Assembly: GCF_001194135.2 (NCBI RefSeq)
Contig: NC_068981.1
Span: 70,767,515-70,817,470, forward strand
Reading direction: 5' to 3'
Source: Octopus bimaculoides
Lineage: Eukaryota
Length of the DNA stretch: 49,956 bases
Positions 12,480-24,045 of the stretch are shown here, one piece after another. Within the stretch, counting starts at the first letter, position 1. Every line of letters begins with the position of its first letter. A program made the position numbers and the translations under genes. The notes under the pieces were generated by a model. That model had not been told where the DNA came from and did not search any database. It saw only the letters and a program-made list of their open reading frames with translations.

Positions 12480-12545
12480 TAATGATCCTAACAAACTGGA
12501 GGATGCAAAACAAAGTTGATCTAGCTAGATTTAAACGTGAACGTT
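12480..12545 (-). mobile_element. Highly decayed SINE family A fragment
   Basis: GGAGGATGCAAAACAAAGTTGATCTAGCTAGATTTAAAC aligns by eye with the 22776-22931 copy. Confidence 0.4.
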
Positions 12546-14011
12546 TTTGCCATAATATTTGGAGTTACAATAGAGGAAATAATGTAGTCATTTGAAATGT
12601 CTTGTAAATTATTTCTATTTCAGATGTTGATCTCCGTGGGAACTCGAGAAGTGGTAATATTGAATAAAAATAATATAACAGTTTAACTTGCCACCTGATC
12701 ACATTTCTATTAAGATTGCTCATAGATATGCGTCAGAGATTTCAATAAGTGATCAAGAAAAGACTAAAACACTAAAGTTTTGATTGGCTACGTCTTAAAT
12801 ACATTTGCTATCTAAACTTTCTGTTTAGATATGCAATAGTTGTTTATAAGGAGTAAATGTAGGTTTCACTGAATTCTAGTTCCAAATATATATCAAAATT
12901 TATTTTTAATAAAATGTTATATCTATAGAAAATTGTGAATGAAAATACTTATAACATAGAAACCAACTGGATAATAGCATACAGGCATATATGTAGTTTC
13001 TATAGACTCTGGAATATTAAAAGTAGTAACAAATAATGTTCAAATGTTTTACCTTATATGTTGTAGCCTGTATTACATCTTGTTTTCAACAAGTTATATT
13101 GTAAGCAAGCATCTTTATTAAGGTTTTCAGTAAAATGAAATATAAATTTTATATGAAAATTTATTAAAGTTTTGCCATTGGTTCTCACTATGTGGTCCAT
13201 CGATCGATCTCTAGAAGTAGAATCCGTATATCATCACACTAATTGCAGCTTATCTTCGATGAAAAATTCGGAGATATTGGGAAAATTTAGAAGATATATT
13301 GCGCCTGAAAAAATGTTCAAGCTGGAAATAGTTTGGTCATAAATTTGCTCGACCAGAGATGACTGCAGCTAAACTTCAGGAACTAATACGTAGTCAGACA
13401 TGTTCCTATACTATCGGATATCACTAGGAAAGCATATTAATTTTATTTGACTAGAATTAGAAGTTATCCGTAAGCATAGAAAAAGAGAGAACATAGCGAT
13501 GCAATGGATATCAATAGCATGATTGTGAGGGATAGATCAGAAAACATTTCATCGACATCATTAGTTTGCGTTCGTCTACTATGTGAATATGAGTTAAATG
13601 AGTTGCCAGGGCTCGAAGCTTTTCTCGTTTGGAGTTATTATTATGTACTGAAATTGTTTGGAATTTGGCGCGAGACTATTCAAGACGTAACGGATTACAA
13701 AGAAGTGAGATGCATTTTTCACTTTAGGTCCAGTAAGACCTGCTGAGGAGAATGGAAACACTAGTCAGAATTCGAGATCATCATCCACGTATATCTGTTA
13801 CCTCATTCGACGGCTTTTTAGCTGAGATAGTATGTTAAACTCCTCTCGTTTACCAGATTTCTGTAAGTCCGTTGCACATTTTCAATGAGATTGGTTGTTA
13901 AGTTGGGGGGGTGGGGTTACTTCCACTTTCTAACAAGACGGTGCATCGTGTACTGCTGCCACCACTTATGAAATTATTATTGTCATTATCACATAATTAG
14001 ATTCGGCGCTG

Positions 14012-14098
<87 letters not shown>
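14012..14098. repeat. (AAT)n microsatellite, about 28 units
   Basis: Direct sequence. Confidence 0.97.
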
Positions 14099-14126
14099 TC
14101 TTTACTAGTATTCATTTCAATATTTA

Positions 14127-14170
<44 letters not shown>

Positions 14171-14171
<1 letters not shown>

Positions 14172-14798
14172 TATGCAACCTGAGGACATGTACTGAGAGT
14201 AATAAAAATCAAACTTCCAGTCAACATCATTGTGTTAGGAGTGATCACTAGTGATGGTGACGTTATGCCACCATTCATCTTCTCACACGCCCTCAGACTC
14301 CACATGGAAGCCTACATCAAGTGCCTTAATGAGGTAGTGCTGCGCTGGGTCAAGAGGGTGGCTGCTGGAAGACATTATGTCTGGCAACAGGACTCTGCAC
14401 CATGCCACACAAGCAGAAGAACCCAGTCATGTCTGTGAGACAATTTCAGCGAACACACCACCCCTAACATCCGGCCACCTAACTCCCCAGACTGCAATGC
14501 CTTCATTAGTATGTGTGGGGCGGAGTTGAACGGAAACCAACGAAACTCTTCTTAATACCAATGGTGAACTGAAGGCAAGGATTATGTCAACATTCACCAA
14601 CTTAAACAAACAGAACGTGCAGAAGAGTTGCAGGAGATTCCGAAGTTGTCTGGAGGCTGTAGTTGAAGCCAGTGGCGATTTTATTGAATAAATTTACTCT
14701 TTAGTATTTCAAGATATTTTATGTAATCTTGGTAAATACATCTATTAAAATGAGATGTCAGTGTTATTTTTACTTTTGCGTAATTTATACATTTTATA
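14171..14798 (+). mobile_element. Tc1/mariner-superfamily transposase 3' half, probably DD37D (maT) type, pseudogenised
   Basis: GVITSDGDVMPPFIF..YIKCLNEVVLRWVK..YVWQQDSAPCHTSRRTQ..PPNSPDCN, then frameshifted similarity to YVWGAVE..RLEAVVEASGDFIE*. Spacing from the QQD aspartate to the decayed third-D position is 37. Confidence 0.8.
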
Positions 14799-15069
14799 GG
14801 CAGGGAGATACTGTGAATGAGTGAGGGAGAGATGCAGGCAGGCAGGGTGTTAAAGTAGGAAGGAATACAGATGATTCACTGAGGATGTGTCGACAGTATC
14901 GGAATGTAAATGACATACTTGGAAAAGGCGACGAATAGGGAAAAGAGAAGCGGCTGAAAAGCAAGAATAAAAAGGAGACGATTCAGAAGATTTAGAAGGA
15001 TGTTATAGAGTAGAAACCAGTGTAAGCTAAAACAAAGTATACCGCGTACAAGACAATGACAATATAATT

Positions 15070-16000
15070 ACGACAATTGTAACAATAATATTAATAATAA
15101 TTTCGTATTTTTATATAAGGGCTCGAAAGTAAAAAGACGTGTAGATTGAGCAAACAAGCCATATGTTTGCGTGTGTACGCGTGTAAGGTGGGTCTTAGCC
15201 ATTTGTTTCATGTTGCTGTTGCTGTAGATGATTCTTAAATTATCCACCAGCTGCAGCTTGCAGACGTTCTCGTGTCTCTTGATTAGCTTCTCACAAGGAA
15301 TACGAGATTTTTTCGACGACTCCAGAGATGTGATCAGAACCTCTTCACAATAAACGACTTCCTTAATTTGTTGTTGCTGTTTTTGTCTTGCCAAGCCTTA
15401 ACAGAAAGTCCGTAAATTGTATTTATTGCCGAAAGTGTAATACCTTTCATTCCTGCAGTGGATGCTTAGTCATAAAGCTTTCATTTCAACATCTACTTTG
15501 TTAGGTTATTAGCAATTATATGTTCATGGGTGATCCCATACCACTGGAACCTTCGTCATGACTGACCCTTTATCCATATTGTGCTACAAAATTCACGATA
15601 AGCCAGGGTCTATACCACCATTCATGTCATTGAATATGACTCATATGTTTTTCTTCCTCAAATATTGTGGGATTAATTTATGGGCAAGAATGTCTCTTAT
15701 TATTTCACAGTCTCTTCTCTTCTGGAAGTGATACAAAATATGCAATACGCTTTAAAGAGACGAACACATTTCTTCTGACCTCTGCACATCATGTATACGC
15801 TTCTTTCTCATCTCTCATATCTATAAATATAAGATTTAACAGGCTAGCACTCATCGTATAATCAAAGAATTGATATGTTTGATTCTTGCAGTAAAACTGT
15901 TGATGTCTTTTCAAGATTTTTTTGTTTGAAAGTATTCTGTGAAAGATGGTGTTTGCTTAGTGTTCACCACGCTTTTGTTGTATTAAATAGTTGTATTTGT
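15070..16000 (-). mobile_element. Highly decayed Penelope-like RT remnant
   Basis: Motifs in the expected order across frameshifts: MCS..EIIRDIL, GMGSPMN/IIANN..VEMKAL, RY--TF (YVDD partly deleted), IPCEKLIKRHEN (compare LPFLDVLIKR). Confidence 0.45.
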
Positions 16001-18274
16001 ATTGCTGATGTCTTTGTCAACGTGTTGAGTGAATTACGTTATTTTCTTTGTTTTTTATTCCAATATGATTTTCTTTTGTCTCATTCTTACCACACAGGCA
16101 CGCTTGTGCCTATAGATTGGGGGTAATGAGCTCAACCGTCTCCCTACTGTCACCTTCTTCTCATCACCGAATACACTGGGATCAAACTTTGCACGAATTA
16201 TGCGTATGTTCAGATCTTCATAAATAATTCTGTGTATGTTTTCCACATCGACTACTAAATGTACTCCATCCAGAAAATTGCAAAATTTCACAACGAGCTC
16301 CGTTGTTCTGACGTCACTCTCCCTCCTACACCCCGCGTCGTCTCTCAGCTTTCCTTGAACTTTTTGTGCCAGCGAAAAAGAGACGCTCGGCTCATACTAG
16401 TTAGTCCATAAGTAGTCTGTATATTATTATGTTCCTGCTGTGTTCTTACCCAGTTAACACAAAACGTTATTAAATAGCTAGCTTCCAAATTGTGTTCATA
16501 TCCCGACTGTATTCTATGAACTAGCCGACTGTGAAAAGCAGTGTTTAATAGTATGTTTAAAATGCTATAACATTGGCTTCCTTCAATCTTAGGTAAAATT
16601 TGGTAGGCTTGCTTATTAGATGAAAAACAATGATATAGGAAAATTACAATAATGTATAACAGTTATAACTGCCTCTCCTAAAACTTCTCGAAACCTTTGG
16701 AATACACATCGTCACACATCAGCACTCATTTATCATTTTCTCAATCGGCCTAGCTAAAATGTTGTAAAGTTTTCAAATGATGTTCTGTTGCATTTTCTTT
16801 CTTCAGCATTGAGCTTATTTTGATTGACGCTGAAACAAGGTAACTTTTGTTTCGATATATATTTATCTCTTCAATATGATACCTTTAAATGCCTAACCGA
16901 GCGTGCTTGTTATTCTTTGGTTGCCTGTTTACATTTTAGTATAACTTCGCTATATTTTATTTCATTATCCTTTTTTATATAGGTTCATTTTTTACTCTAT
17001 ACTATGATAAATGTCAGCTAACATAGCACTTCAAATCATTGAAAGAGCGGGATAGGTATATATTCGATCAGGTTTTCAAACTATGAACTTGCAATTTTTC
17101 TTTCTCTGGAGGAAGAGGAAAAAGAACAACTTTTGAAATAATTGTGAGGTCTGAGCTATGAGCTGCACACTTAACAATAGCTTTGCCTTTCATCTTTACG
17201 GAGTTTATAAAATATAACCCTTGTCTTGCACTGGAAGCGACACTATAGGCTGTGCTCCTCTCTGCAAATTTCCGCTTTTGTGTCAAAGTAATTTATTTTA
17301 ATGGTACTGCCTTACTATATTCAATTTACTGAAACTGAATTATGTATGAACAAGTTCTCCATGGATTAATCATATGCTGTGGAATAAACTTCAAAATACA
17401 AAAGCAAAGACATTGAATCAGTAATAGTAATTTGATGAGCTTCCACTGTTGCCCTGAAAAAGCCAATGGAATCGAGTCTGTAAAGTTATGGTTTATTCTA
17501 AATTCATTTTCCCGTGTGCCACTTCATAAAAACGAAATATCCTATAACTTTTAATGCTCTGGGAGGTTTTGAAAGATCCATCATCTATTTTATAAAACTA
17601 TTTAGAACAACAAAGATGAAAGAAAAAATCAACAACCATATATGTAGCAGCAAATAGTACTTAATCATATCTGGAATTTAGAGAATACGGGAAAACGGTC
17701 TAACTTTTATTTCATCGTTATATTCAATACAATAAAACAGAAGCAGTGGGGTTAAATGGCAAAAAGAGGAATTGCATTTTGAAATGATTGCTTGAATACT
17801 AAATGAAAGTAGCCAGCATAATAAATGCCAGTTCCAAGAGGGAATTAATCAATTTTTTTTTTTTTTACATGAGATTGTTTTTGATATCTAATCAAAAGGC
17901 TCTAATGAATAATATTCACGAATGATCAATTGCAATCAACTATTGGGCGGCATGCATTTGTGATGGCGTGATCTAAAAATTAGAAAAATCCTATCATAAA
18001 AAAAAGACAACTTAAAATTGATCTTTATCAATCTCAGCTAGTACGCATTACAGTTTCAACAAATTATTTCAAATTAATTCTCAATACAATGTTATTTTTA
18101 CAATATGAATATTCTACATAAAGCAATAAACTCTTAGCAAGAAAAGTAAAAATAGAATTGCAATGAAAAATAGTGCAAAATATATCCGTTTTCTTTTCTA
18201 CAAAGAGTTATGCTTGTTGTGGCTGATATTACAAATATAAATTTCGATATTAAGCTGTTAATGTAATAACTGTG

Positions 18275-18317
<43 letters not shown>

Positions 18318-18444
18318 AACATATATGTATATGTATATATACACATATATATGTATATGTATGTATATGTATGTATATATAAGATGTATTTATATATATG
18401 TAGATAGATAGATAGATATAGATACAGATGTATTTTTATGTATG

Positions 18445-18487
<43 letters not shown>

Positions 18488-18560
18488 GTATATGTGTGCA
18501 TATATGCATGTATATGTATATACATGTCTATGTATATATATATATATAGATATATATATA
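18275..18560. repeat. Compound (CA)/(TA)/(TATG)/(GATA) microsatellite field
   Basis: Direct sequence. Confidence 0.9.
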
Positions 18561-19052
18561 AGGATATGAACACTCTATACATGTGTATATGTCATAAATG
18601 CGAACATATGTATAAACATATTTACATTGCGAAAATATTAAGTTATTTAATATGTAATTCCAAAATGTGCAGTATTGTTTAATATGATACAATATCAGGA
18701 GATATCAAGCTTCTAATTCGATATATGTGTGTGTATGTGTTTGAATCCGTACACACACACATATATGTATGTATATATTTACATGTTTATATATATATAC
18801 ACATATACATACATACACATTTATGTAGTCACATATATGTGCATACATCAATGCTTGTATGTGTGTGAAAACATTTTTGAGTAAATACATTTAAGATGTG
18901 AAAAAAATTAAATTAGATACTTTAATATTTTGTTTCAGAAAAAGTGAGTAGAATTGTGCTGTATGTATGTCTGTAAATCAAGCTTCAGAATATCTAAACT
19001 TTTATGTATATACCTGTATGTCTGCATATATATATATATATATATATACATA

Positions 19053-20317
19053 CTAGGGGTGCCCAAAGGTAACCACAAACATTCTCTGTGGGACAAGCCT
19101 AGTGGTTCAGGCGCCCGTCGCTAGAAGCAACTTGGTGCGACCCTCAAGCCAAGCATCAGTCTCCCGGCTGATGGCGTCTAGTAATGTCGTACTGCCACGT
19201 TGTGCGTCTTTGTTTTGCAGTGCTTCGACCCTGTTCATCGATTTTTGCGATGGCTGAAACGAAGGAACAGCGTGCTCCCGTAAAATGCTGTTTTCATCTG
19301 GGAAAAAAAGCCCGCCGAAACAGCTCTCATGCTTCAGAGAGCTTACAAGGACGCTGCCATGGGCAAAATACAAGTTTAACTGTAGTCCTCAAACCTTAAG
19401 ACATTCCCACTTGTCGCTTGAAGGCCAACCTAGTCCAGGGCGACTGTTAACCTCTTGAACGAATGCAAACATCACGAAAATTTGAACTGATCAAGCAGGA
19501 CCGTCGCCGAACAATTGGCGACCTTGTTGATATGGCTGATGTGTCTTGTGTAAGGAATTGCGAATGAAAAGTGTTGCAGCAAAATTTGTACCCCACTTGC
19601 TCACGGAAGAACAAAAGCAGTCACGACTGAAAGCATGTCGTGAACTGAACAAACAGTTGGAAGTTAATCCTAACCTTTTTTCAAACGTCATCACTGGTGA
19701 CGAAATGTGGTACCAAGTCTACGATCCGGAAACGAAGCAGCAATGTCACTACGTCCCCATAAAGTGCATCAAGTAAAAGTCTAATGTTAAGATGATGCTG
19801 ATTTGTTTCGATACGAAAGGAATTGTCCACACAATATTTATTCCTCCTGGTCAAACTGTTAACCAGTAATTTTACTTAGCAGTTCTGAAGCGTTTGCGAG
19901 ACACGGTGAAACGAAAACGCGGAGAGTAGTATTTTTATGACGACAAAGCACCTCTTCGCACACCACCTTGAGTGTGAGACTTTTTTTTTTTACCAAAAAT
20001 GGCATTACCCCGTTTAACAACCCACCCTATTCACTCGATCTTACTCCCTGCAACTCATTTTTGGTTTCCCTGAATGAAAAAGTCCTGAAAGAAAAATGTT
20101 TCCTAGGTGTGGAAAAGGTGAAGAAAAATCGATCGTGGCCTTACAAGGCATCACTTCGCTAGAGTTCTAGGACTGCTTCGAACAGTGGTAAAATGCAGCT
20201 GGACTGATGCATTGCTTCAAATGGAGTATACGTTGAAGGTGATAAAAGTGTAAACATGAAAACCTAAGTGAATAAAATAATATTACAAAATTCCGGTTTC
20301 TTTTCGGCACACCCTTG
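19053..20317 (+). mobile_element. Full-length (about 1.27 kb) decayed mariner element, DD34D type, irritans-like
   Basis: TA-flanked imperfect TIRs (CTAGGGGTGCCCAAAGGTAACC vs reverse complement CAAGGGTGTGCCGAAAAGAAACC). Transposase motifs EQRAPVKCCFHLGK, KFVPHLLTEEQK, ITGDEMW..YDPETKQQ, PPGQTVNQ, PPYSLDLTPC, with many stops and frameshifts. Confidence 0.9.
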
Positions 20318-20329
20318 TATATATACGAA

Positions 20330-20395
20330 GGCGCATAGCTCAGTCGTAGGAGCGTCTAGCTCACAATCATGAAGTAATAAGTTCGAATCCTTCAA
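20330..20395 (+). mobile_element. tRNA-like SINE head (Pol III A/B boxes)
   Basis: GGCGCATAGCTCAGTCGTAGGAGCG..AAGTTCGAATCC; the acceptor stem does not close, so this is not a tRNA gene. Confidence 0.6.
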
Positions 20396-20559
20396 ACAAG
20401 GGGGACAACGACAACAGTCCCGTTCGCGCGGGAAAAACAAGGTGTTTTTTTTAAACACAACAGTTCAACAATGTAACGCACGTAAAAAAACAAAAAACTT
20501 ACTAACTTTCCTGAAACACCACGTCCAACTCGAAAGTGAAGAGAACGAATCTCAAATAG

Positions 20560-21650
20560 TTCACAATCGACACATTTCGTGCGACTTTCTACTGGGTTGA
20601 TGAGATTTAGTTATATAAGGAGGTGCAGTTGTTAACAGGAGGAGGAAATATTATAACAAGGAATTGTGGGAAAGACGATTTAGAGTATGTTAAAAATGTT
20701 AAGCAGGTAATAATTGGTCAATAAGATGTTACTGGATGGCAGGAGCATAGCGATTAATCGAAATATAAATAATTAAAAAATAATTGATTAATTTAACAAG
20801 GTTTACCAAAATATTTAAATGTTGAACTGTATCTGTGGTTAGAGGAAAATATAGCATCCGAGAACTTATTTAATGAGGTTGGCTCATATCGACGAAGAAT
20901 ATTCATGGACTCTCTAATACTCAATTTACATACAATCGTAATTGTATTGTATGGGGGGTGCTTCTGCTATTACTGACCAAGATAATGAGTATTGCATATT
21001 TTAAAGTTACGTTCTTGTATATACGAGGCTAGCGTTTTAGAAGATTTATAGTTTGTATTAGTAAAAGACTTCAAATTGGCCCTATATCTACGTTTAAAGC
21101 CTACAGTGCTTCACATATAAACTCCTAACTTCTGTGTAGCAGAGATTTCTACAGAACTCATATATACTACGTGATTACGTAAACAGGAATCGGCTAACGG
21201 ACACGACTCCTTAATTCGACAATCACAGGCCCTCACCACCCGCATCGGTATTCATTTTCCGGTTATTAGGAGTTAAGTCACCCCCGACTGTGAGAGCGTA
21301 ATTTCACGTTTCCTAGATTTTGAGTTTTGGGTCTCATTAGATTGCTTGTGAAAACAGGTTTTGTATTTATGTAAATTCCTAAATACCATGTTATTAATTC
21401 GAGCCTAATTCAAACAATGTACTTTAATTGGTTTACCTAAAGGAGGCAGTATCCAATTTTGGGAGTGAAAATACCCTTAAAATCTATGGATTGTTGTACC
21501 CCCTGAAACGGCCCTAAGGGGATTACCACCAATAGATTACCTAAACAGGATTACTTATTCTCTCGGATTATCTACATATGTTTTTTGAAATATTCCAACT
21601 TCAACGCTACGATGTTCTTTTATTCGATCTTCGGAAGAGGTAATTAACCT
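20560..21650 (-). mobile_element. Penelope-like element 3' part: linker, Cys-rich motif and GIY-YIG endonuclease, decayed
   Basis: CDCRIKESCPLADSCLRNHVVYMSSV..GVYM*STVGFKRRY..KSF..SKTLASYI..YSLSWSVIAEAPP/YNTITIVCKLSIRESMNIL..SLNKFSD..NHRY at 20808-21227. This matches the PLE CNCR..CPL..CL..VVY/YIG/FK.RY/LNKRSE pattern; a WNPP-like motif lies near 21525. Confidence 0.8.
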
Positions 21651-22775
21651 TTTTTATAAGGGCATATTTTTATTCTTAATCATTTTTACAACGTTGTTGT
21701 AACTTAATTACACTCATCTACTTATATATGTATATTACATGTTTATACATTTGTGTATTCCTGAATCTTTAATAATTTTTAATATTTTAACGACTGATAT
21801 GCATTGATCTATGGCAGAACATATGTATAATTAAATTGTTGAATCTAGCCGACAACTGATGAAGGGTCGGCTAGGTTCTCTGTGTTTACTTGTCTTGTTT
21901 TCCATTTTTTCTCGTTGTTAATGTATTTCGCTCGCTTATTTACGTATTTCATGTTATTTGCACCGTTGATGACGTCCTATATATGCATGCATATATATCT
22001 ATATATATACATATATTATTACGCTCCTGTACAGCGTAATACCCATATATTGCGCACTGCGTACTGTGGATTTTTCTCAGTGTCTGTTATGAGTGAAAAG
22101 TAGGTCCTATTCAGAGATAGGCGTTGTTTAAATTAAAAGATTTTCAGGAAATGTCTGTCCATCAATGTGCCCTAACACACTAAGCAGTCCACAATTATTA
22201 TAAGAGATAAGAAGTGGTCTTTAAGTTTACAGTATAGTTGCTAATCTATCAGCAGTATATTACAGTGCATTTGGTATATTGTTTATGGTGATAATACTGA
22301 TAAAATCATAGTAGGTCAACTTCAAACACCTACATTACTCTAACAAATATCTATAAGATTCGATATTGCATCTTTATATATCGCTTTTAAGCGACAGTAG
22401 TAACATACTTTTTTTTTTGCTTTATTTCAGCCCATACTAAGCATTGTGGTATAATGGCCGACATAACTTGGTTTTTATATTGATGAATTGGTAGTAAATG
22501 TTACAAAATATCCGACAACATGTACTCTATATTTTTAATTCAAATTCCGCTGCAGTTAATATTGCCTGTCGATGAAATGTATGCCAACCACATATTGAGG
22601 TAGATGCAGTCATTGCTTCAGGACCCCTCCTGTGTACGCCGGATTTTTGGCCTTGTGATTGTATCACAAAGCAACATTTTAAAACTCTCAGTTTAATGTT
22701 TTCGGCATTCAGAGCATGATATAGTTTTCATGCGTAAAGAGTAATTAAATTTATTTGAAAAAGCTGTACCTAAAA

Positions 22776-22931
22776 AATAATCATTTCTGCTACAGGCACA
22801 AGGTCCGAAATTTGTAGGGGGTCTCGGTGATTACCTCGACCACAGTACCCAGCTAGTACTTATTCCCTCGACCCCGGAAGGATGAAACGCAAAGTCGACC
22901 TCGGCGCCATTTGAACTCTGAACGTACAGAC
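22776..22931 (-). mobile_element. SINE family A (octopus-type, tRNA-derived), 5'-truncated
   Basis: Reverse complement contains GTTCAAATGGCGCCGAGGTCGACTTTGCGTTTCATCCTTCCGGGGTCGA..CCTTGTGCCTGTAGCAGAAATGATTATT. Confidence 0.8.
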
Positions 22932-23824
22932 GAGCCTGGGAAAATAATAAAGTTTAATATTCATAGAAAAACCTTGAGAAACATTGACCCCGGATTATAG
23001 ATGCTTCTTATACCAATGTTTTCAGAAGTAAAAATTCCTGTTTCGCCTCTGAACATATTTATTTTGTCCGAAATCAACCGTTGTCGAATATGAGAATATA
23101 TTATTTCTTATATTTTTTACAGTTTTCCTACCATAATCTTGATTTCCTAACAATAGTTATGTGGAATTTCTTTTCAGATATTATGAAAACGAATGTAACA
23201 TTTTACTTGACCTTATTTTTCAAAAAGCAATGGTAAATGTTGACATCTGCATTACACTAAAAATGAAAATTTTCTGGCCTAAAATGAATCAATATTTAGT
23301 TGGAGATAAATAATGTAGAACTTGGCACCAGTGATATATCGCCTCATAGGAACTTTTATTTACTGTTTTGTTTCCTGCGTATGCGTAAACTGTTCTCTCC
23401 ATCCCTATGGGGGATGTCCTTTAGATCGATTGTACCGATTTTCTTCATCAAATAATTTTCTTGAAGAGAAAATTACTCCTATATTACATGTATAAATGTG
23501 TTTAATATCTTTTAATGAAAAATTAATATTCTACTTGAAAAAAAATACGAATATTAAAGAAATGACAGATATTCGCATTCTCACAATTGCTCAAGCATCT
23601 ATAAATAAGGAGAACTATAAGCTATTCTATATTTTAGCATTCGTGATTCTGTTGTAAATAGGTATCAAGTCATTATGACAAAATTCCTTTCTGCCATTCT
23701 TGAGTGATGATAGGATTTGCTCGTGGGAATCTAGACTAATGAAACACGTATTGAATGTTAAGTTTTGGTCGTCGTGTTAGAAAAAATATAAACCTACGCA
23801 GTATGCCTATGGAAACACAATGGA

Positions 23825-24045
23825 AAACTAAACCATTCTTTCTAATTTTGGCACAAGGCCAGCAATATGTTAAGGGGATTGGTCAGTTGGTAACATCAGC
23901 CCCACTGCTCGTCTGGAACATATTTTTCAACCTCAAAATGATGAAAGGCAAAGACTCTGGGCTTCTAATGTAAAGACGGGCGAATTACCGCTAAGCATCT
24001 TGTCCAGCGTGCTTAATATTCTGCCATTTAGCTGCCTTCAGAAAA
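23825..24045 (-). mobile_element. SINE family A, near full length, decayed
   Basis: Head (GGCAGCTAAATGGCAGAATATTAAGCACGCTGGACAAGATGCTTAGCGG) through tail (TTGCTGGCCTTGTGCC..AGAAAGAATGGTT). Confidence 0.7.

Noticed and set aside
13743-13770. CTGAGGA-GAATG-GAAAC-ACTA-GTC minimal hammerhead pattern
   Set aside because: Stem II closing pair is G-G and stem I cannot form in register.
18939-18943. 5-nt microexon AAAAA between a strong acceptor and GTGAGT
   Set aside because: Too short to assess and expected by chance in AT-rich DNA.
20330-20395. tRNA gene (also the heads at 12099 and 39602)
   Set aside because: A/B boxes are present but the cloverleaf does not close, and the longer two continue into SINE bodies.
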